The notes under the pieces are model-generated. The model saw nothing but the letters and a program-made list of their open reading frames with translations, was not told the origin of the DNA and did not search any database. The position numbers and the translations under genes are program-made. A DNA stretch of 64,000 nt from Dicyema japonicum (Eukaryota; Animalia; Dicyemida), in contig RDEW01000012.1 of the NCBI GenBank assembly GCA_011109175.1, positions 846,552 to 910,551 of the forward strand, read 5' to 3'. Shown piece after piece: positions 12,442 to 25,639 of this stretch (positions are counted from its first letter, which is position 1; each line of letters opens with the position of its first letter).

Positions 12442-13322
12442 NNNNNNNNNNNNNNNNNNNNNNNNNNNNNNNNNNNNNNNNNNNNNNNNNNNNNNNNNNN
12501 NNNNNNNNNNNNNNNNNNNNNNNNNNNNNNNNNNNNNNNNNNNNNNNNNNNNNNNNNNNNNNNNNNNNNNNNNNNNNNNNNNNNNNNNNNNNNNNNNNNN
12601 NNNNNNNNNNNNNNNNNNNNNNNNNNNNNNNNNNNNNNNNNNNNNNNNNNNNNNNNNNNNNNNNNNNNNNNNNNNNNNNNNNNNNNNNNNNNNNNNNNNN
12701 NNNNNNNNNNNNNNNNNNNNNNNNNNNNNNNNNNNNNNNNNNNNNNNNNNNNNNNNNNNNNNNNNNNNNNNNNNNNNNNNNNNNNNNNNNNNNNNNNNNN
12801 NNNNNNNNNNNNNNNNNNNNNNNNNNNNNNNNNNNNNNNNNNNNNNNNNNNNNNNNNNNNNNNNNNNNNNNNNNNNNNNNNNNNNNNNNNNNNNNNNNNN
12901 NNNNNNNNNNNNNNNNNNNNNNNNNNNNNNNNNNNNNNNNNNNNNNNNNNNNNNNNNNNNNNNNNNNNNNNNNNNNNNNNNNNNNNNNNNNNNNNNNNNN
13001 NNNNNNNNNNNNNNNNNNNNNNNNNNNNNNNNNNNNNNNNNNNNNNNNNNNNNNNNNNNNNNNNNNNNNNNNNNNNNNNNNNNNNNNNNNNNNNNNNNNN
13101 NNNNNNNNNNNNNNNNNNNNNNNNNNNNNNNNNNNNNNNNNNNNNNNNNNNNNNNNNNNNNNNNNNNNNNNNNNNNNNNNNNNNNNNNNNNNNNNNNNNN
13201 NNNNNNNNNNNNNNNNNNNNNNNNNNNNNNNNNNNNNNNNNNNNNNNNNNNNNNNNNNNNNNNNNNNNNNNNNNNNNNNNNNNNNNNNNNNNNNNNNNNN
13301 NNNNNNNNNNNNNNNNNNNNNN
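12442..13322. other. Assembly gap (881 N)
   Basis: Run of n characters. Confidence 1.
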
Positions 13323-13691
13323 TTATTATTATTATATTACAGTACAACATGGTTAGAAAGAGGCTTGAAAAATCTATTGCACAGAAAAGAATGATTTGTG
13401 AAATAAAGAATATATCAAAAATGTCTCTCAGATAATTATCCCACATCTGTGAAATAAAAATGAACCTTTGTGAAATAAAATGAACCTTTAGCATGGACAA
13501 CTGTTAAATTTTTGTGGTTTCCTATCCGTGAACCTTCAAGATAGGGTTAGGCTAATTTCATTCTATTAATTTATCAAATCAAACTTCATTTTCAGACTTA
13601 TAAACTGGTCTGATAAATTTATTAAAATAATTTTAATAAATTTAATAATATTTTGTATTAATATTTTTTATAAACGGTGGTGTCACGAGAT

Positions 13692-13770
13692 GTGGATGAA
13701 AATGGTGGTGATGAGGGTAACAGGGATCGCCTAATTAATTACCTTCCTTCTTCGTGGTGTTGAATAAATA
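13692..13770 (+). mobile_element. LINE 3'-terminal remnant
   Basis: GGGATCGCCTAA...GGTGTTGAATAAATAA resembles the 3' tails of other LINE copies here. Confidence 0.45.
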
Positions 13771-14559
13771 ACAAAATGATGATTGGACGATTCAAAAAAA
13801 GAAAGCTGTTTTAACATTTGCGTATAATGCGATTTGTTGACTTTAAAAATCCGAAATTTGACTTAAATTTGACTTTATTGAGTTTAAAAAATCAAATTTT
13901 GATTAATTTTGATTGTCTGAATTATAAATATTGAATTATAGAAACCGACAAGAATGAGTATTTTGTACAGAATGTTAGTCCAGTTCCTCAGTAGGTGTGC
14001 ATCAAAAGGGGTTTCTCCGAAAGCCACCGACCAGCTCATCATCCCATCAGAAATTTGTGGTCAGGAGCCGACTTGTAGAAATCTGGTAGAATGGTTCGAA
14101 TTAGAAACAAGTTGTAAGATAAAGAGAATATGAAGGATGGATAGGAAACGTCCACAACACAAATTAGGCCTATGCCCCTAAATCTGACGAGTAAAAGCTT
14201 GCTTAAAACCAAATTATCGAAATTAATGTTCACAATTTTTTCAATAGTCTTGGAGATAAGAATGTTGAAATTCTCCAAGCTTTCTGGAAAGAGGTATCAG
14301 AAGAGGAACGTGTCAATAATATTAACCTTGTAAGGAAAAGATAATTCTTAATAGAAAAAACGAAGTATGAGGATAAAGTTCAAAAAGATTAACAATGACA
14401 CCACTAATCTCCAAAAGTTTTATATAAAAAAAGATAACATAATTCAGAACACGAATGAAGGCATCATTGTAATTAGGAGACGATGAAAAATAATATATAT
14501 TTTTCAGAGAATGAAACTACAGAAAATTCTACAATCCGTGTCACAATCTGAAAATAAGC

Positions 14560-14745
14560 AATCCTTCTCAAAACATCAGTCCCCCGTTGACTTGGAATGA
14601 AAGCACAAACGAATAGACTTCCGGGAAACGGTAGTTTCACATGAGCGCAGGATGAAAATGAAGAAGGTGATAAGGTAAACCTGGATCGCCTAATTAGTTT
14701 GGTTACTATTACCTTCCTTGTTCCCTGGTGTTATATAAATAACAA
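14560..14745 (+). mobile_element. LINE 3'-terminal remnant
   Basis: HERRMKMKKVIR-like coding end, then GGATCGCCTAATTAG...GGTGTTATATAAATAA. Confidence 0.45.
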
Positions 14746-14986
14746 ATGATGATTGAGACGGTTCAAAAAAGAAAAAGTTGTTTAAACAATTTGATTTCAT
14801 TATAATACATAATAAATATAAACTTATACTATAAAAATAACTACAAGTTGTTGGAAGGGTATATTGGAAAAAATATTTTCTAAGTTATGCACAAGTGTCA
14901 GCGCAATGTTGACGTTATGGACGGTGAAATATGAATTAATTAATATGTTTATAACACAAATTCCGTTAGTTGGTGTAATCATTTTG

Positions 14987-15777
14987 ATGTACAATTCCGT
15001 TATTTTCACAGCACTGATTTATTACTCGACTATGATCAAGGAATGTAACGATAAAGGACACGATGGCAACCAAGTGTATTATTTAAAATTATTTATTATC
15101 ACAGACATTGGATAGACTGTATATTTGGCCGAAATTCCTATATTAGCAGCCGTTCAGAAATATTTATTCTTTATGCACGAAACATTACTGTACTTCCCGG
15201 AAATACTTTATCATTTGAAATGAATCTTTTAAATTTGTATTAAAATATAAATAATTCATAGTTATTGTGATGATGATCATAGTATTAAAATTATTCGTAC
15301 AAATGTTTTTCCTATTACAATTATAGGATTGTTTTATATATTTTAATTTGATAGATATTTTGAAACTTGTTACGGACTTATATTTATAGATATTGATTTT
15401 GCAGAATCACTGACAAGTCTTGAATTTATGTTTTATTATTAATTTATAGTTATTTTCCTATTGATTCCATTATACAACCTTTCACAATATATGTGGAATT
15501 AAGAGGGTATTTTTAATATTAAATTAGTATTCTTGCATTATGTATTGATCCATTTAACAACCCACAAGCGTATAGAATTATATTTAGTTTAGATTTAAAC
15601 CTGTTGATGAGGATTATATATCTCTAAATAATAATGGAATGTATTTGTTTGATATTAATATAATTAGGAAAAACTACGAATCAACATATCAAACATGTAA
15701 TTATAAATATTATTTCAGTCTGTAGTGCCATAGGACACCCAGACAACGTGCTTGGCATGTGTGGCAAGCGTAATTAA
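14987..15777 (+). CDS. Secreted Cys-rich, degenerate-LRR-like protein, 199 aa, 8 introns (paralog P1)
   Basis: Fully open 600-nt spliced CDS. Introns: 15076-15104, 15237-15261, 15331-15354, 15430-15449, 15507-15527, 15570-15592, 15641-15667, 15697-15718. Signal-peptide-like start MYNSVIFTALIYYS. Exon/intron structure matches paralog 34607-35393. Confidence 0.8.
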
Positions 15778-16931
15778 TTAATGATAGTATGACTATGGAA
15801 TATAACGATTTTGGTTAGAAATAAAATTTAGTTAATTTATTCAATTTAATTTATTTATTCAATTTTATTACGTATTTTGAATAATATATTAATTCTATTC
15901 CTTATTGCTTTTAAAATTTAAAAATTGGTTACAAAACCAGTTACAATGACAACAAAAGATAGTCTTAGAGAGGTTTAAAATAAAATCTTGATTATTTCAC
16001 TTGCTTCATCATAAATATTTCAAAATGGTTTGATCTTAATGATAAATTATGGACAAGTTACCCAATTATTTTGTTTATCAAAGAGGTCGTGAAAAAATGG
16101 AAATTTATGTCTAAAGGAATTAAAAACTCGAAAAAAAGCTATTTTGCGCTGCAATGTTTTTGTTATCTGCCAATCCCGACAAGAGGATGTCAAAAGCCAA
16201 TTAAGTGATCACCTTATCTAGATTGTGCACTCTTATAACGTTTTCCATCTATTAATCATATTTTAATGATTCATTTGCAAGATAGAAGCCTTATTTAACG
16301 TTCCACATGCCTCTTGAGAAAAATATAAGAGAGGAAAAATATTCTAAAAATATTATATAGATAATGTCAGCTATCGAATAGTGTTTAGTTAAATAGTTGA
16401 AATGACTTCATCGTTTACCATTAAAAATTAATCTCAGAATCAAAAAAAGAGAGTTATCTATAAATTAAGTGATTCTGATATCTACACACACCTGTCAGTT
16501 TTGGAATTCTAGATTAATCTGCACTTTGGCCTTCTGAGAAGAAATGATGTAAGAATCTAACCCACATCCGAATACGACGTGGACGACACCATAACCACTA
16601 TACTCCAGTCTATCCAATTGATTTAAGACTCAGGCTAATGTTGCCTGGTTATTGCTCTGGAAGCTCATCTTGTAAGATCATCCGTTCTAGTTTGGTGTCT
16701 GGTGTGTAATCAGATTTCTCTCTTTTCATAAATAACAGTTGTTTAGAGTGCGATGCGACGAGCTCTGTCTGTTCGGGAGCACTTCCTATTGTTTTGAGGG
16801 GATTTGTTTATCTTGTTCCTGCGATTACTAATAGTAGTGGCTGTTAAGGAATGAATTTCGTCGATTTTTTGTTTGTTCGTCAAAGACAGATAAATTCCCA
16901 ATAACGCACAGGCATAGGTGACAAATGAATT

Positions 16932-17371
16932 TATTTATTTTAATAACCCCGGGAACACCGAGAAAGAAAGACAAAAGAATCAAACAGTTAGGTGATCCCA
17001 GTCCTCGCAATCAATTGTGCCATTCGACGTCTGTGATCTTCCATTGTCCCCACTACTTTTCGGAAGAGCTTTCTCTCGGTCTTGCAGAGGAATCCGATCG
17101 GGAAGGGGAATTTCTTATCCAATCGGTTTTCTCTTGCCATGGAAAGGATCAGGCGAAGCGGATTTCCATCTTCCTCACAGACTCGAAGAAATCCGGAGCC
17201 ACGACTACGGATCTTAGCTTCCATGAGTAGTGGGTCGACTGTTGATCCATTACGTGGGCAAAGAATACTGATTGTTTTCTGGTGTATCGAGTTGACTCTT
17301 TGGACCATAGACTCCGATAGCGCGAATCTCCATGCAACGGAGGCATACTCAACGCGATTGTTTGTTGGTAG
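16932..17371 (-). mobile_element. LINE 3' fragment, ...ARTGIT* family
   Basis: ORF 16988-17308 ends RRRMAQLIARTGIT, followed by a short 3' UTR and A-rich tail. Possible 7-bp TSD ATGAATT. Same family as 52383-52724. Confidence 0.8.
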
Positions 17372-17440
17372 ATGAATTGTCTGTACAATAATTTCAAATC
17401 TAAATTGTCTTTAAAATTCATACGACAAAAATTATTAATT

Positions 17441-18030
17441 TTAACATAATTTTACGACCATCCGTCCATTATCGAGGTTGCGTTGCCTCTCACGATTGCA
17501 ACATAGATCAACTGGTGAAGCTTCCGGGTCTCTTCTGCGTTGTGGCTTTTTAGTGTAGCTATTCGTCCAAGTTTCTTTAGGAAGCAAAGCGATTTTCCAC
17601 TTATTCCTCCAGTTGTTTTGACCACTATCGGATAAAACGCGTATCAGTCGCGTAGCGCTTCGTATTTCTCCTCCTTTGCCCTCATCGTTTTTTCCGCGGC
17701 ATACAGTGTGTCTACCGCACTCCCGACAATGTTGGATGGGCAATGCGTGTCGACAAAAGAAGCGTCCCAAACCAAAGGTTTCCCCTCTTCAATTGGGAAA
17801 ATTGTGATCCCGTCGGGACGTTTTACGTCTTCTTTGTCCAGGCCGACAGGTTCTAGTATGGCTGGGTATCCCGCAGACTCCACTGCTCGCTTGACAATTC
17901 CGTTGATCGCCTTGTGTCTTGGGAATCGTCCTGTACTTCTTCTACAAAAGAGGGCATGGTGTCCATAACAATTGAGAGGCAACGCAACGTCGATAATGTC
18001 GGCGGGGTCCACTTTGGAAGGATGGCCCTG
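17441..18030 (-). mobile_element. CRE-like RLE retroelement 3' fragment, frameshifted/deleted
   Basis: GHHALFCRR, RHKAINGIVKRA, EPVGLDKEDVKRPDG and LVWDASFVDT. Close relative of 38870-39830. Confidence 0.88.
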
Positions 18031-18169
18031 TTAATTAATGTCGTATGTGATAGTGTCCGGGTTGTTGATACTGTCCGGGTTGATAAGACAAATTTATCAT
18101 TTGAAAACATTAACTAAGTTTTGCTTCGAAAGATCTGTCTCTTGTTCCCTCAAAAAACAAAAAATTTTA

Positions 18170-18800
18170 TTTTGATTCAATAAAGCGATTAAACGTGCAA
18201 AGGGTCAAACTGTCTACTGAGAAGTCCAGCTATTTAAGAGTCAGTCGCCTAAGGAGGCATCATACGCAGCCTTACTCACTTGACATTCTTAAATTCACTG
18301 CGCTACCTCGGGATAGTAATCGACGGGATAGCTTCCTTCATGGAGGACATTAGACGAAGAGCACATTTATGCTACAGAAAGTTGTTTGTAAGCCTGGAAA
18401 CCTTCTTGTTCATCTTCATGAGAATCATCTTCCAGAGCTGCTATATGGATGCGAAGCACGTATTTCTCTTGCCGAAGAGAAAGAATTATGTTACTTATGA
18501 AAAAACCAGAAGGTCGGCAATAAAGTTGTTTTGGGGAAAAGGTTTTTTGATGTTCTCAGTACCGAAGAAGACAAGATTCTAACACCGATCAAATATATTG
18601 TAGAGAAAAGGATCGATGGATCCGACGATAAAAGAGACTAAATGGAGACGGGGTGCATCGAAGACTTTATTTACTGTTGAATAAATTGGTTTCGGTTTTG
18701 GCGAATTTGCTTTAAAGTAACCTATATCTCGGTTCTTTTCCTTGAGGATTTAACATCTCTACTTTACTCCGGGATTTTACTTTTCTATTTTCCTTGGGAT
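18170..18800 (+). mobile_element. LINE ORF2 C-terminal fragment
   Basis: LRYLGIVIDG...MEDIRRR, same family as 25640-27660. Confidence 0.8.
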
Positions 18801-21439
18801 TTAACTTCTCTCTATTTTGTTCTCTTGAGACAAAACTTAGTGGTTGTTAATGTTTTCAAGTTATAATTTGTCTCATCAACACGGACAGTATCAACGCCCC
18901 GGGTTCTTATGACATACGACAATTAATTATCTTAATTAATTCCATTAAAATTTAAAATAAAAATAAACATTTAACGACTGGCGAACCTAAAAACAAATGT
19001 GATACTCATTATAAGGCTTTTTGCTACTTCCCTTGTAGCTCAAGAATAGAAAAGATCATTAATGAAAGTTGGAAGTCCAAAGAAGGATACCTCAATTAAT
19101 TATCTTAAATGAATAAGGATACCTAAGAATAGAAAAGATCATTAATGAAAGTTGGAAGTCCAAAGAAGGGAGAAATCAGATATTTTTCATAAAATTTTGT
19201 AAAATCTGATTGAATTAGTTGTCCAGTCAAACCATCATGTTTCCGTTGCAGGTAAATGTCACTTGATTTTGCAAAACTTTTTAAATCATCCGCCAAATTT
19301 GGGGTAATCATCTGAGAGGTTAACTGTATCGAGAAGATAGTATTATGTTTTCGTCTAGGCATCCATGAGTTATCCAGTCTGTGGTTTATCAACAAGGAGA
19401 GGATCAAAGAGATTACATTCTCAACCACAGGGATACGAACTGAACCTGAAATGCTTAAATTTTTCAAAAAAGAAATTCGTTGACTTAACACAATTAAATA
19501 GCTTTGATCACAATTTGGAATAAGTTGTTCTGTCTTAAACTAGGAAGGGGGTGGAATTTGGGGACTATTAGTTTCTTACCACAGTTCATTCTCTAGTAAG
19601 TAACAGAAGGGATTAGGATGTGGTTGAGATCTTAGGGGGACTTTGGGATAAATACCACCATTTTTGTTTTCTTAGAATTTCGATAAATTGGTATTAGTGT
19701 TTTGGCCACGTGGATTCAAATAGATGATCTCTGAGTTCTTTCATCCAATATTTTGGTTCCTCCTGAGTTTGTCGCTCTGTCCATGCTCGCCATGATGTTA
19801 AACGGACATTTCGCCAACAAAGATAGGTCACCACTAATTAGAATGCAGTCATAACTCCCTTATAATCATCCACGAAAGCCTCCAATTCCATCCCGGTTGA
19901 AAATTCCTCAATAAAATATAAAAATTAAAGTACAAGAAATAGGACACAATAAAATTAACGTCAAATATTTGTAACAAATTACACAATATTTTATTCCAAA
20001 AAAGACATCGGTAAAAATCGAGCTCAAAAACTGAGTGATAGTCAGCGAATCACAGGCGCTTTAAAACCAATCACGTTCGCGAGGATCTCTGAGTTATGCA
20101 ACAATTCCAATTTCGTTAACGCCTCCTGTAATAATAGCAGTGTCAACGAATGTACTTAATAAGGTACTTTATGCATGAGGCTACCTTGCAAGTAAATTTA
20201 AATTGAAGACGAACGATTTGAATGGTAGTTTTCATAACTGGCTTCCAACTCGGATCGTGCATTATGATTTTTAAATAACTTTTTTGTAATTTATAAGGTG
20301 AAAGCATTAACAGCAACAAAGGATCACGTTAAACATATGAGAATCTAAACCTTACTCCCACTATGTGACAACCAAAATTATGAAGTAGAAATTTGAATGA
20401 TGAGACATGCAACACATCAAGTGACTCATGAATTTTAATAAATGAATGAGGATACCTAAGATCATGTATGGATGAGGACAGATGAGAAAGTAGTAACAGT
20501 AGAATACATATTTCTGCCCTAATAACACGAAAATTTGTTAAGAATTAACTATTCGTTTTAACTAGAAAAAAGGATGCTCTTTTTTTGAAAGACTTTAAAG
20601 ATGAATCTATCACGGTTTAACACGGGGACGGTTTAATCGAACGTCCGCATAGATGACAGCCAATAATAATGACTTGGTTTAATTCAATTTTGAATATTTA
20701 GTTATTAAGCGAGTCAGTTCATGAACTAACAACTGGTTACGGATGTTTAGTAGACATCAATAATCATATAGACAAGAGGAATACTCGATCCGTGTAAGGC
20801 TTAATTTACTTAGCATATGCAAAAGGCCTATTCTCCGTCGAAGGGTGGTAAATACATAGCTTAGGACACCACTTGTGTCGACGGCTTCTGCCTTTCCAAC
20901 TCACACTAACAGCTAAGACACGGAATCGCCTAAAGATAAAATAATAGACCTCAGGAGGACAGTTCATTTTCAAACCTGTCACAACCGAAACCGAAGAGAT
21001 CATAACACCCAAATCGCTTTCCTTCCTACCCGGGATCGGTTTGTAGACGAGAAAAAAGGACCAGACAAAAGTGATAGCTGATTAAGGCGTTTCCTTAATA
21101 ATCGCATGAAATAGTGCGTTCACTCACGAAAACTGCTTACTAATTTATGATACTTAGAGGTTTAATAAAGATTTGTTATTTAAGTAAATAAACTACCATT
21201 CTAAGCGAATAAAAATGTAAGGGATCCTGCTCATAGCCCAGTGGATATAATCAATCAAATAATCATCGCAAGAAATTAAGAGATTTATAAATCAACGCTA
21301 ACAAATACACCACAAACACAAAACAAATAAGAAACACGTTTTATTTATTTAAATTTGATTTATTCATAGAATAATATAAAATAAAATTTGTTGATTTTTT
21401 TGGTTGAGTTGGTGACGTGGTTTTTTACAATATGTTATA

Positions 21440-23900
21440 AGTACAGGAAACTTGTGGACTCATCTTTCTCGTTACTCACATTTAATGTCAGGGGGCTCAC
21501 ACAATCATGGAAGAGAACAGCACTATGCGACGATCTGATAAAAATACAAAGTTATTGTTGGATGCTTACAGGAAACAAAACTGCACTATGGCTAGAAGAG
21601 GAACTATCGGGCTATCATTTCAGCTCATTTCGAAGTGAAAGTAGACACTTTGGCCAAGGATTTGTGATAAAGAAAGAGCTGAGACCAATGATTCACCGCT
21701 ATTGGAGCATAAACGACCGAATTTGCGTACTTCAGAATTGTATGAACAAGCTCTGCTTATCTAAAAGTCTACTATCCATCATAAACGTGTACGCACCTCA
21801 CAGTAGTGGATGGATTGAAAAAGACCCTACTGAGATAGACTTGTTCTACTCCTGTCTCTCTGAAGTTTACTCTGAACTTTTACACTCGTCGATAACTGTC
21901 ATCGCAGGCGACCTTAACGCAAATTTGGGAATACAAAGAGACCCGGATAAACATTTATTGGAAGACATGGAAGAGGAATAAGGAACGTTGCAGGAACACT
22001 ACTTTCTAACGGACTATTTCTCTGTAACACTGCATTCATGGGCCCCGCAAGACACAAAACTACCTGGACAGGGTGTAGAAGAAATCTTGTGGTGAATTTA
22101 TAAACATCTACAATCAGACTATATAATCTGTCGAATCAAAGATAAAACTCTTTCACCAACGTAAGGTCATTGGCGGGTAATATTGACAGTGACCACAAAA
22201 TGGTCCTCCCCAGAATGTCACTGAATAGACACCTAACCAAGAAGAAAATAAATACCAAAGGGCCACACGATACACATAACAGAAGAAAACTTTACCTAAA
22301 CGGACTATCATTACAACAAAAGAGGGATGACTACAGGAGATGCCTCGACATGAAGCTGAGCAGTGTGGAAACAAATCAAGAAATCCCCAAAGTCTGGAAA
22401 CAACTGCAAGAATCAATACGAGGGGCAGCGGACAAACAGAAATGGTCAACACATCACCAAGGGGACAACAGAGATATCACTCCTTGTAAAGAAACAAAAA
22501 TCTATTTGGCTACAATACTAAAATACTAATGACAAGCACATTAAAGAGAATCTTAGTCGTGAAAGAACAAATATCAAAAAGAAAATTAAAAAGTGTGTTT
22601 CCTCTATGTCAAGGAACGAGACTGAGGAACAGATCAAGGCACTGGAAGATCTGAGGGACAATGGAAGGTACTATGAGGCGATCAGATTACTCCATGGGCG
22701 CAAACGCAGACAACTTCTATCATGAACGACAAAAATGGCAGACGAATAGCAGACTCTGCAGAAGCTGAAGAATTAATTGCCGGTCACTTCAAGAAATTGT
22801 TTAAGTCAGACAGCAACAGAATTACAGCATTTACTGTTCATTCCAGGAAATTGGAGGTGGAAATAACTCCCGCAGAAATGCGACAAGCCTGTCTTTAGCT
22901 TAAAAACAACAAAAGTCGGGGACCAGATGGGCTAGAAGCAGAGCTACTAAAGTATGAAAGTGAAAACCTACATACCCTCATTGCGGACCTCTTCAATGGA
23001 ATGTTTAAAACGAACAACCACTTACCTTTTGGACAAGGAATACTGGTCCCTGTCCAAAAACAGAACAAAGTTAAGGGAAAAGTGGAGAACCTCAGGCCAG
23101 TAATTCTTATGAACAGCATACGAAAAGTGGAAGCTGCATTGAGGGAGGAGAAAAAACCATACTATGAAGCAAAAAATCGATGTGGTGGTTTATGCGGATG
23201 ACGTGGATTTCATTTCTCTCGACATCAATGCTCTGAAAAGCCTATTGGAGGTGATCCCAAATAAATTTGACGAGTGGCTCCTCAATTTAAATGTAAAGAA
23301 AACAGAATTGACTGAACTAGACAGACTAAAATCCAAGCTGGATGGACATTAGAGAAAAGTAAAGAAACTCGGATCGTTATTGGGAGATGAACAAGACGTA
23401 ATTATGCGAAAAACACATGCAAACAGTGCACTACGCAGCTTAAGGGAAAACTGGCTAAAGCGTACGATTGAGTACACAAGCACGTGTACGTCTATAGAAT
23501 TCACTGGTGAAGCCTATTCTCCTCTACAATGCCGAACATGGGGACTTTCTGATACGGACAATCAAAATCTAGACTCATTCCATAGAGATCAGCTTTGACG
23601 TACTCCAGCCTCGAAATGGCATTCAAGGCTCAGAAGCAAAATAGTTTATACCAGGATATCAAGCAATCCTATCTCACTAGAAATAACGGCATGCAGGTTG
23701 AGACTATTCGGACACATTCTAAGAATGGATTTGGGGCACCAACAAATACTGCCATGGAGGACTATTTCGAAGCTGACGGACCTCGTTTCAGGGGGCACCC
23801 GAGAAATACTTTATCGGTTACGCAATATAGAGACTTTCGGAGAGTGGGGAACCCTAAACCATGGCATCGTGAAAGTGCTTAATAATAATATTTTTAAACG
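21440..23900 (+). mobile_element. RTE-clade LINE, decayed, internally deleted RT
   Basis: APE endonuclease (TFNVRGL, LQETK, INVYAPH, AGDLNA, DSDHKMV), then KSRGPDG-like and NLRPVILMN, jumping almost directly to YADD. Many frameshifts. Confidence 0.9.
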
Positions 23901-23989
23901 AAAAACTTGTGCAAAGGTAGTGTCCGAGAAATCTGAGTTCACGAGATAATGTTACTATTAAAACAATAGAGAATTTAACTAACAAATAA

Positions 23990-24330
23990 CTCCCTTGTTT
24001 CTCCTCAAGGGAGACTACTACAATTTGAGTACCACTATGTCAGGTCGCATTCAGAGATCTTCCATTTTCACCCCAAGAATCACCATTATATGGAAGACGA
24101 GGCCGCTAGGTGATCTCGGGCTCTCTCACTGGCCTCCGTCTCTTTGGAATCCCACGCAGTCTTTATATCCTCCTCCTCTTCGTTAGTGACTTTATCAGCA
24201 AACCGCCAACTCACTGTATTTTCAATGGTCTCTTCATCTTCCCTACCCACAGACTCAGATGCTCGGGTGAAATGATCACCCCATTTTCCTGACAAGACCG
24301 TCTAGAGTGGTTGGATCCGTCACTTAGCCG
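23990..24330 (-). mobile_element. Probable LINE 3' fragment
   Basis: GC-richer acidic C-terminal-like coding block followed by a short tail. Family not identified. Confidence 0.35.
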
Positions 24331-25639
24331 GATAACTTCAATAAGGAGATTAAATATTCTTGTGATTTAATATTCCACGAATAATTATATTTCCTAATAA
24401 ATGTGCTATTAATCGTATAATCTCCACAAATTAATGAAGCGGTTTACAGTCATTTTATTCTCAGAGCAAATGCTTTAAAGGCTGTCCTGGATTTCAACAA
24501 AGTTAGCAACATCGTCTCATTCCTCAAAGTCACTGAAGTACTTAACTATTGAACCTCCAGAATCAGGAGGATATCAAAATATCAGGTCGTATCAGGATCG
24601 TGTGGACGGTAGAAAATGAGCTGACCTTCATCCCCCAGAAAACTCAAATGTCGACACAAAATCTCTGCTCACAGATTCCACTCCACCAAAGCACACCAAA
24701 GTTGATGATCCCCTAATTCAAGGAAGAGTCCAAGAAAACTAATAACCGGGAGATCCTCAAAGTCAAATTTTACGTTTTAGTAGACTTCTGACGAATTCAA
24801 ATACAAACCGGAACACGGTACCCCGAGTGGAATTTACATCACCAACGACTCAATGACCTATGAAATCATCAAAAAATTGTTTCAGAAATTCCAAGTTTGT
24901 GGTTATAGGGGACATTTAGATCATCAATGATTTCAGCGAGTACTCCTTATTCGTCAATTTCGCCCATGGTCCCCATTTGTGTAATTTCAGTCGAAACCGA
25001 GCTTGATCCCTTCGACAAGCCACTAATTCATCTTTTGAAGGCCATTCGAAGCTTTTATGTGCCAGTAATTTACTTGAGAGAACGTCAGGAAAGCAGAATT
25101 CCTCAGAAAAAAGTACTTGAGCTGTAATTGAGGACCCTTGAATATATGAGATTCCCACTGAGCTTTTTGACGGAGATCAAGAATCGATACGATTTGGAGA
25201 AATCAGAAAAAGTCGAAGAAATCAAGAAAAGGTGTATATTTTCGTAAAGGTCAGATATCAAGGAATCCAAAATAAAAGCTGGGACGAACTAAGTCACTGA
25301 TGCTATCATAAATGTCTTATTTTGGGGGGTTGGTTGTGTTTAAACTAAAATGAGTGTGGTTTGGGATCTATTAGTGTCACAGTCATAGTGTCAGGAAATC
25401 CTCAATTCGACTATTGGTAGCAAAGTCTCAGTTATGTCGGTCGAGTTGCATTAGCTGTGGGCTTGATGACCTCAATGCCTAGCTGGTAAAATGTTTCCGT
25501 TCTCCCATGTACCTTTTCAATTTCTAAGAAGCTTCACGTGATTTCCCTGTCTTAGGAGACGCTCAATGGTTGGTGGCTTCCAAAAAGGATCTATCTTTTC
25601 TCTACTCCAGTGGAGTGGTTCCCACAATGGATTGACTAA

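Noticed and set aside
12415-13500. 361-aa and 333-aa ORFs in the ORF track
   Set aside because: They are artifacts of translating the N gap.
15110-15222. Innexin- or GPCR-like reading YLAEIPILAAVQKYL...LLYFPEILYH
   Set aside because: Wrong frame; the frame conserved with paralog P2 is HWIDCIFG...YARNITV.
15570-15587. 18-nt intron using the first AG
   Set aside because: It leads to stops in P1. The 23-nt version (to 15592) keeps both paralogs open.
16925-17770. Many short overlapping ORFs on both strands (also 52444-52735, 39070-39617)
   Set aside because: They are shadow frames of GC-richer retroelement fragments.
19042-19169. 45-bp direct repeat with a 38-bp spacer (CRISPR-like spacing)
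   Set aside because: Only two copies, in a eukaryotic context with no cas genes; local duplication within decayed TE sequence.
20990-21050. HDV-ribozyme-like TTCCTACCCGGGA upstream of the RTE copy
   Set aside because: P1/P2/P3 pairing could not be built and it lies ~400 bp from the element.
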